Part shown: piece after piece, positions 59,861 through 64,000 of the stretch
How the letters are laid out: each line of letters opens with the position of its first letter
How positions within the stretch are numbered: the stretch's first letter is position 1
Assembly: GCA_045653425.1 (NCBI GenBank)
Contig: JAZOLU010000008.1
Location: forward strand, 5,975 to 69,974
Length of the DNA stretch: 64,000 nt
Source: Acutalibacteraceae bacterium
GTDB taxonomy: Bacteria; Bacillota; Clostridia; Oscillospirales; Acutalibacteraceae
Direction of reading: 5' to 3'
Program-made: the position numbers and the translations under genes
The notes under the pieces: generated by a model
Told to the model about the DNA's origin: nothing
Seen by the model: only the letters and a program-made list of their open reading frames with translations
Databases searched by the model: none

Positions 59861-59898
59861 CCGGAGGTTTGTGTAACGCAGACCTCCGGTTCTCTTAT
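59861..59898 (+). terminator. Intrinsic terminator/attenuator upstream of the TSUP genes
   Basis: An 8-bp GC-rich stem ccggaggt/acctccgg (59861-59868/59882-59889) with a 13-nt loop and a TTCTCTTAT tail. Confidence 0.6.
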
Positions 59899-59950
59899 GG
59901 TATAAAAACGCCCTCACACCACACACTAAGAGAAGAAATGGGGTGAAGGC

Positions 59951-60310
59951 GTGAAAACCGGCCGAAAATATCTTATTACAGGTGCGTTGGCGGGTGCTGC
60001 CAACGGTTTGTTTGGTTCCGGCGGGGGATTGTTTTTGGTGCCTCTGCTCACCCGCTGGACAGGGATGGAGCAAAAACGTGCATTTGCTACTTCGGTTGCC
60101 ATTGTTTTTTTAATGTCTCCCGTATCGTTGGTGGTGTTTTGGCTGAACGGCGGAATGGATTGGAACGGCGTGTGGCCGTATTTGGTGGGTGGCGCCGCGG
60201 GAGGGCTGCTTTCCGGCTTTTTGTTCCGTAAAGCATCGGCCACCCTGCTACGTCGTTTGTTTGGTGCTTTGCTGTTATATGGCGGCGTGCGGGCCGTGCT
60301 GTTATTATGA
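59951..60310 (+). CDS. Half-size TSUP (TauE/SafE, DUF81) membrane protein, subunit 1
   Basis: 119 aa with about 4 TM segments and the GxxxGLFGSGGGLFLVP motif typical of DUF81 repeats. GTG start preceded by GGGGTGAAGG. Confidence 0.8.
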   Translation: MKTGRKYLITGALAGAANGLFGSGGGLFLVPLLTRWTGMEQKRAFATSVAIVFLMSPVSLVVFWLNGGMDWNGVWPYLVGGAAGGLLSGFLFRKASATLLRRLFGALLLYGGVRAVLLL

Positions 60311-60684
60311 AAGTAGCCATTGGTATTCTTGCCGGCTTGCTCACGGGCATTCTCAGCGGGTTTGGTGTGGGCGGCGGTTCCTTGCTCATTTTGTATTTAA
60401 CCGCGTTTGCCGGGGTGAACCAGTATACGGCGGGTGGCATAAACCTACTGTATTTTTTGTGCTGTGCACCAACCGCATTGATTTCCCATATTCGAGAAAA
60501 ACGGGTGGTGTGGCCGGCAATTTGGTGGTGTTCCGCGGCGGGGGCGCTCACTTCTGCCGCCGCGGCGTGGGCGGCATCCGCTATGGATACCGACCTGTTG
60601 CGCCGCTTGTTCGGCATTTTGCTCATTGCGGTGGGGTTGCGCGAGATATTTTGCAAAAGCCAAAAAAAGAACCGCACTGAATAA
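60307..60684 (+). CDS. Half-size TSUP (TauE/SafE, DUF81) membrane protein, subunit 2
   Basis: 125 aa with about 4 TM segments and the GILSGFGVGGGSLLILYL motif. Its ATG overlaps the upstream stop (ATGA). Confidence 0.8.
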   Translation: MKVAIGILAGLLTGILSGFGVGGGSLLILYLTAFAGVNQYTAGGINLLYFLCCAPTALISHIREKRVVWPAIWWCSAAGALTSAAAAWAASAMDTDLLRRLFGILLIAVGLREIFCKSQKKNRTE

Positions 60685-60708
60685 TACACGGTGCGGTTCT
60701 GTGTTTTT
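60662..60708. terminator. Bidirectional terminator between the TSUP genes and the YabE-like gene
   Basis: A 10-bp stem agaaccgcac/gtgcggttct flanked by an A-run and TGTGTTTTT. Confidence 0.75.
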
Positions 60709-60712
60709 AAGG

Positions 60713-61786
60713 TTATTCCAAAATATACACTTTTACAGTGCGCCGACCAAAGGCAAAACAGTCTTCCCGCGTGTTCATATACAAGTCGGCAACAATTTGG
60801 TTTTTCATTAACGCGCCGCCGGTATCCTCTGCCGTGGCATACCCGTAAACGTATCCACTGTTGGAAACAATGAACAGTTTGGAACCATAAGGGATAATTT
60901 TGGGATTAACCGCCACGGTACCAATGTGCGGCGTGGTGCCGGTGGCGGTTACCGCGCCGGCTTTGGCGGTGTAGGCGCAGGCTTTGCCCTCAATTACTTG
61001 CTTGTATTTAACAGGAATTCCGTTTTCATCCAGCGGGTATTCTGCCGCAAAAGCGGGAAGTTCACCCTGACCTACCAGTATCACGGCATTCACCGGTTGC
61101 TTGGTCAGTTCTTCGGATGTCAGTTCGCTGCGAACCACCTCGCCATCGTGCAGATAATCGGTATAGCGGCAGGTTTTTTTGCCCACCACGCCTTTTTGAA
61201 CAATTTCTTGGCTGCCTACCGGTCTATCTTCCGTATAACGGTAGGTGGTGATAAACGGAATTTCCTCGGTTTCCACACGCTCAGCCGTTTCCAGTTCCTC
61301 CACACAAATGTTCAGCCCGTCGGTAACCAAATCTGTGCCGGATAGGTTGGTAACGGTAATAAAATCGGTGGAGATTCCCGCCAATTCCAAAGCGTCGTTT
61401 ACCGTGCCGCCGGTAAGACGTACCACGGTAGCATCGCCATCGTTCACGGTGACGCTCACGTCAAAAGCGCGTTCAATACAAATGCGTTTTTCCGGACCGT
61501 CAAGCGATGCGGTAACCACATCGTCATCTGCCAAACGAATACCGGCACCTGCCAAAATGGCGTTTGGTGTGCGTGCCAATGTGAACACCGTACGGGTGGT
61601 GCCGTTGTCCTCTACAATAACCGGCACCATCATAGCGCCCACCGAGAACAATACAACCAAGCACAACAATGCCGCGCCGGAAAATGCCGCGGCCGACGGA
61701 TGACGCCGCAACAGGGCTTTTGCTTTATCGGCAATATCGGTAATGGCGGAAACGCAAAGCGGAGCGAGGTTCTTTTGCTTTTTCAT
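60713..61786 (-). CDS. YabE-like cell-wall protein (TM anchor, DUF348 repeats, G5 domain, C-terminal 3D domain)
   Basis: The C-terminal AYTAKAGAVTATGTTPHIGTVAVNPKIIPYGSKLFI...ATAEDTGGAL... is a 3D (MltA-like) domain. The upstream segments resemble DUF348 and G5. Confidence 0.8.
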   Translation of the reverse strand: MKKQKNLAPLCVSAITDIADKAKALLRRHPSAAAFSGAALLCLVVLFSVGAMMVPVIVEDNGTTRTVFTLARTPNAILAGAGIRLADDDVVTASLDGPEKRICIERAFDVSVTVNDGDATVVRLTGGTVNDALELAGISTDFITVTNLSGTDLVTDGLNICVEELETAERVETEEIPFITTYRYTEDRPVGSQEIVQKGVVGKKTCRYTDYLHDGEVVRSELTSEELTKQPVNAVILVGQGELPAFAAEYPLDENGIPVKYKQVIEGKACAYTAKAGAVTATGTTPHIGTVAVNPKIIPYGSKLFIVSNSGYVYGYATAEDTGGALMKNQIVADLYMNTREDCFAFGRRTVKVYILE

Positions 61787-61852
61787 CAAAATTCAGACCC
61801 TTTCCGAAAAGCTTCCAACTTAAAATTTCGCTGGTTTTACACAGCACTGCTG

Positions 61853-61881
61853 ATTATACTCGCCAAAACCCACGCTGTCAA
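61853..61881 (-). promoter_or_regulatory. Consensus SigA promoter for the YabE-like gene
   Basis: Minus strand: TTGACA (61881-61876), a 17-nt spacer, then TATAAT (61858-61853). This leaves a 5'UTR of about 55 nt. Confidence 0.7.
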
Positions 61882-62267
61882 ACGCTTTTGAGTACGGTTT
61901 TTTGGTAACATTGCACAAATGTTGTGATTTTTGAAATACATAAGCGTGACTTTCGGCCTTATAACAGAAAAAAGGACAATTCTTTGTCATTTTTTTCAAA
62001 AAATACAAAAAGGAGAAGTTGGTTTTGTAGGTTTCAACAACAGTTTTTGTCAAAACACAACACCGTTGACAGCGAAAAGCCGACGATGCATATAATATTT
62101 ATTCACTCGTATCACCTGAAAATCCTCAATAAATTTGTGCAACCGCACAGAAAACGCCACTTTGACAGGGGAAAATGGCTTAAAAACGGAGGATAAGCGT
62201 TTTTTGAGCAAAAAACAAGCCGAAAATTGTAGAATATTCATACAAAAACCAGAATAATTATGAAATT

Positions 62268-62300
62268 GATAAAAAGAAAACGCCCGCCATTGGGCGGGCG
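62268..62300 (-). terminator. Intrinsic terminator after asnB
   Basis: Stem cgcccgcc/ggcgggcg with loop attg. On the minus strand it is followed by TTTTCTTTTT. Confidence 0.8.
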
Positions 62301-62313
62301 TGGGGTGCGACAC

Positions 62314-64000
62314 TTACTCTGCGGGGAAATACTGAGTGTACCATATCAGGAACATATACACGGTCCAAATTTTGCGGCTGTTATCGCGGCGGCCGGTATA
62401 ATGCTCATCCAAAAAGGAAAGCAATACATCGGTGTTAAACAACCGTTCAGCGGCGGGGGAGAGAAACGCCTCTTTCACCTTAGTATAATACGGTTCCTGT
62501 CGCAACCAAATGCGAATGGGAACCGGGAAGCCCAGTTTTGGGCGGGCGGTATCCTTTTCCGGTATGTGGCGGCGTGCGGCCAACCGCATCGCGTACTTGG
62601 TGGTGCCGCCGGCTATGCGATGTTTTGCGGGGATGCGTGCTGCAACCTCAAACACGTGCTTGTCCAAAAACGGTACGCGCAGTTCCAGCGAATGAGCCAT
62701 ACTCATACGGTCGGCTTTCAGCAAAATATCGCCCACCATCCAACGGTTAATATCCAAATACTGCATCCGCGTAACATCGTCCAGCCCGCGGCAACGGTCG
62801 TACCACACGGTGTTATGTGTGGCGGGGTCAGTTGTCGGAATGGATTTGAGCAACCGTTCTTTCTCGGTTTTTGAGAACATATAGGCGTTGCCGATAAACC
62901 GTTCTTCCAGCGACTTTGAGCCGCGAATTAAAAAGGATTTTCCCTTAAAATCCGCCGGAACGGCCCGCGCCAGTGCCGCCAAGGCACGGCGCAACCAGCG
63001 CGGCAAACGCTGATACCCAGCGAGCGAAAGTGGTTCGTGGTAAATGCGATAGCCGCCGAACAATTCGTCCGCGCCCTCGCCGGAAAGCACCACTTTGACG
63101 TGTTGCGAGGCCAATTTGGAGACAAAATACAACGCCACACACGCCGGGTCAGCCAATGGCTGGTCAAGCATATATTGTACACAGGGGAGAGAATTCCAAT
63201 ATTCCTCCGGTGTGATTAAATGACGATGATGCTCAATGCCAACTTCCTTGGCCAACTCGGCAGCAAACGAGGTTTCGTTATAATGTTCGCCGTTGTCAAA
63301 CCCCACGGTAAAGGCCTTTTGTCCGCCAAAGTAGGAGGCAACAAAGCAAGAATCCACCCCGCCGGAAAGAAAACAACCCACTTCCACGTCGCTAATACGG
63401 TGTGCTTCCACCGAATTGGTAAACACGTTGTCAATTTGATTCACAGCGTCGTCCAACGTCATACTTTCGTCCGGTGTGAATGTGGCTTCCCAGTAGCGCG
63501 TTTCTTGCACCTCGCCGTTTTGGTACCGCAGATAATGCCCGGGTTGGAGACAGTAAATCCCCTTAAAAAAGGTATCCCGCGGTAGCGAGTACTGATAGGA
63601 CAAATAGTTGTCCAACGCGGATTCGTTAAATACACGGGGGACATCGGGGTGTTCCAGTAAACTCTTAATTTCCGAGCCGAACACCAGCCGCCCATCGGGA
63701 AGTAGACAATAGTGCATCGGTTTAATGCCAAAAAAGTCCCGCGCAAGGAACAGCGATTGCGTGGGCTTGTCCCATATCGCAAAGGCGAACATACCGCGCA
63801 CGCGGTCAAGCAGAGCGGTATCCCATTCCTCAAATCCGTGCAGCAATACCTCGCTGTCCGATTCGGTGGTGAACCGATGCCCCGCGGCGAGCAACTGCTC
63901 GCGCAGGTCGCGGTAATTGTAAATCTCGCCGTTAAACATCAGCACTTTGCTGCCGTCTTCGTTTTCAATGGGTTGGTGGCCGCCTTCCAGGTCGATAATG
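62314..64000 (-). CDS. asnB: Asparagine synthase (glutamine-hydrolysing), 5' end beyond the window
   Basis: The frame stays open to the window edge (…IIDLEGGHQPIENEDGSKVLMFNGEIYNY…). It shows the AsnB synthetase-domain motifs CFLSGGVDS and LSGEGADELFGGY. Confidence 0.93.
   Translation of the reverse strand, partial: IIDLEGGHQPIENEDGSKVLMFNGEIYNYRDLREQLLAAGHRFTTESDSEVLLHGFEEWDTALLDRVRGMFAFAIWDKPTQSLFLARDFFGIKPMHYCLLPDGRLVFGSEIKSLLEHPDVPRVFNESALDNYLSYQYSLPRDTFFKGIYCLQPGHYLRYQNGEVQETRYWEATFTPDESMTLDDAVNQIDNVFTNSVEAHRISDVEVGCFLSGGVDSCFVASYFGGQKAFTVGFDNGEHYNETSFAAELAKEVGIEHHRHLITPEEYWNSLPCVQYMLDQPLADPACVALYFVSKLASQHVKVVLSGEGADELFGGYRIYHEPLSLAGYQRLPRWLRRALAALARAVPADFKGKSFLIRGSKSLEERFIGNAYMFSKTEKERLLKSIPTTDPATHNTVWYDRCRGLDDVTRMQYLDINRWMVGDILLKADRMSMAHSLELRVPFLDKHVFEVAARIPAKHRIAGGTTKYAMRLAARRHIPEKDTARPKLGFPVPIRIWLRQEPYYTKVKEAFLSPAAERLFNTDVLLSFLDEHYTGRRDNSRKIWTVYMFLIWYTQYFPAE

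Larger units (their letters stand above)
59571..59898 (+). ncRNA. Candidate ~330-nt leader RNA or sRNA made of tandem SD-like/start-codon modules, ending in a terminator
   Basis: It is bounded by the strong promoter and the terminator at 59861-59898. No ORF exceeds 11 sense codons. It carries four conserved 13-mers and one degenerate fifth copy. Confidence 0.5.

Noticed and set aside
61790-61852. A c-di-AMP (ydaO-type) riboswitch was expected upstream of the YabE-like cell-wall gene.
   Set aside because: The consensus promoter at 61853-61881 leaves a 5'UTR of only about 55 nt. That is too short for the riboswitch (about 130-150 nt), and no conserved core motifs are visible.

Overview
The window is a core chromosomal segment of an endospore-forming Firmicute, Clostridia-like judging by gene content and order. 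It is densely packed with about 62 protein genes, mostly housekeeping, plus one tRNA.

Recognisable blocks:
- **Left end:** tRNA-Gln, an alpha/beta-type SASP, a VanY-like lipoprotein, hflX, a long-form prs paralog, a PBP5-type carboxypeptidase and pgi.
- **Ribosome/lipid block:** yceD-rpmF, a DUF512 radical-SAM-like gene, der and plsY.
- **Small cluster:** dut, an Sfp-type PPTase and queH.
- **Firmicute cluster:** pyrH-frr-uppS-cdsA-dxr-rseP-ispG-polC, followed by rlmD.
- **Membrane genes:** an HD-domain gene, tspO and a small membrane operon.
- **Topoisomerase and neighbours:** a ParE/ParC-like type IIA topoisomerase pair, secG, bofA, pgeF, an RluA-family synthase and two FAD proteins.
- **Translation/CoA block:** DUF951-prfA-tsaC-coaE, an SLT transglycosylase and an M18 aminopeptidase.
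- **Sporulation and repair:** dpaA-dpaB-yunB, ligA, a DUF47-like gene and a solo mazF.
- **Right end:** glgBCDA, a GT2-GtrA fusion, an XRE regulator, a histidine phosphatase, DUF1292, two half-size TSUP/TauE genes, a YabE-like 3D-domain protein and the 3' part of asnB, which runs off the window.

I see no mobile elements, no CRISPR array, no prophage genes and no multi-gene protein system of unknown function. Every long ORF has a conventional assignment.

The unexplained signals are non-coding and sit on either side of the DUF1292 gene.
1. **Tandem Shine-Dalgarno leader (about 59571-59898).** A near-consensus promoter with an UP-like A/T tract drives an RNA of about 330 nt. It is built from four tandem purine-tract + GGTGAGTCC(C/G) + (G/A)TG modules, each a strong Shine-Dalgarno-like site plus start codon with a mini-ORF of 2-11 sense codons. 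It ends in an intrinsic terminator just upstream of the split TSUP permease genes.
2. **Structured RNA candidate (58886-59092).** A GC-rich element of about 200 nt between convergent genes shows long-range pairing, and its terminator has a U-tract only on the minus strand.

Lesser oddities:
- an EndoA/MazF-type toxin gene with no antitoxin gene;
- an HD-domain gene with no canonical start codon;
- a 13-bp GC-rich hairpin that sequesters the bofA ribosome-binding site;
- an AT-rich gap of about 390 bp with no gene.

All calls rest on reading the translated ORFs and the DNA by eye. No database search or folding program was run.
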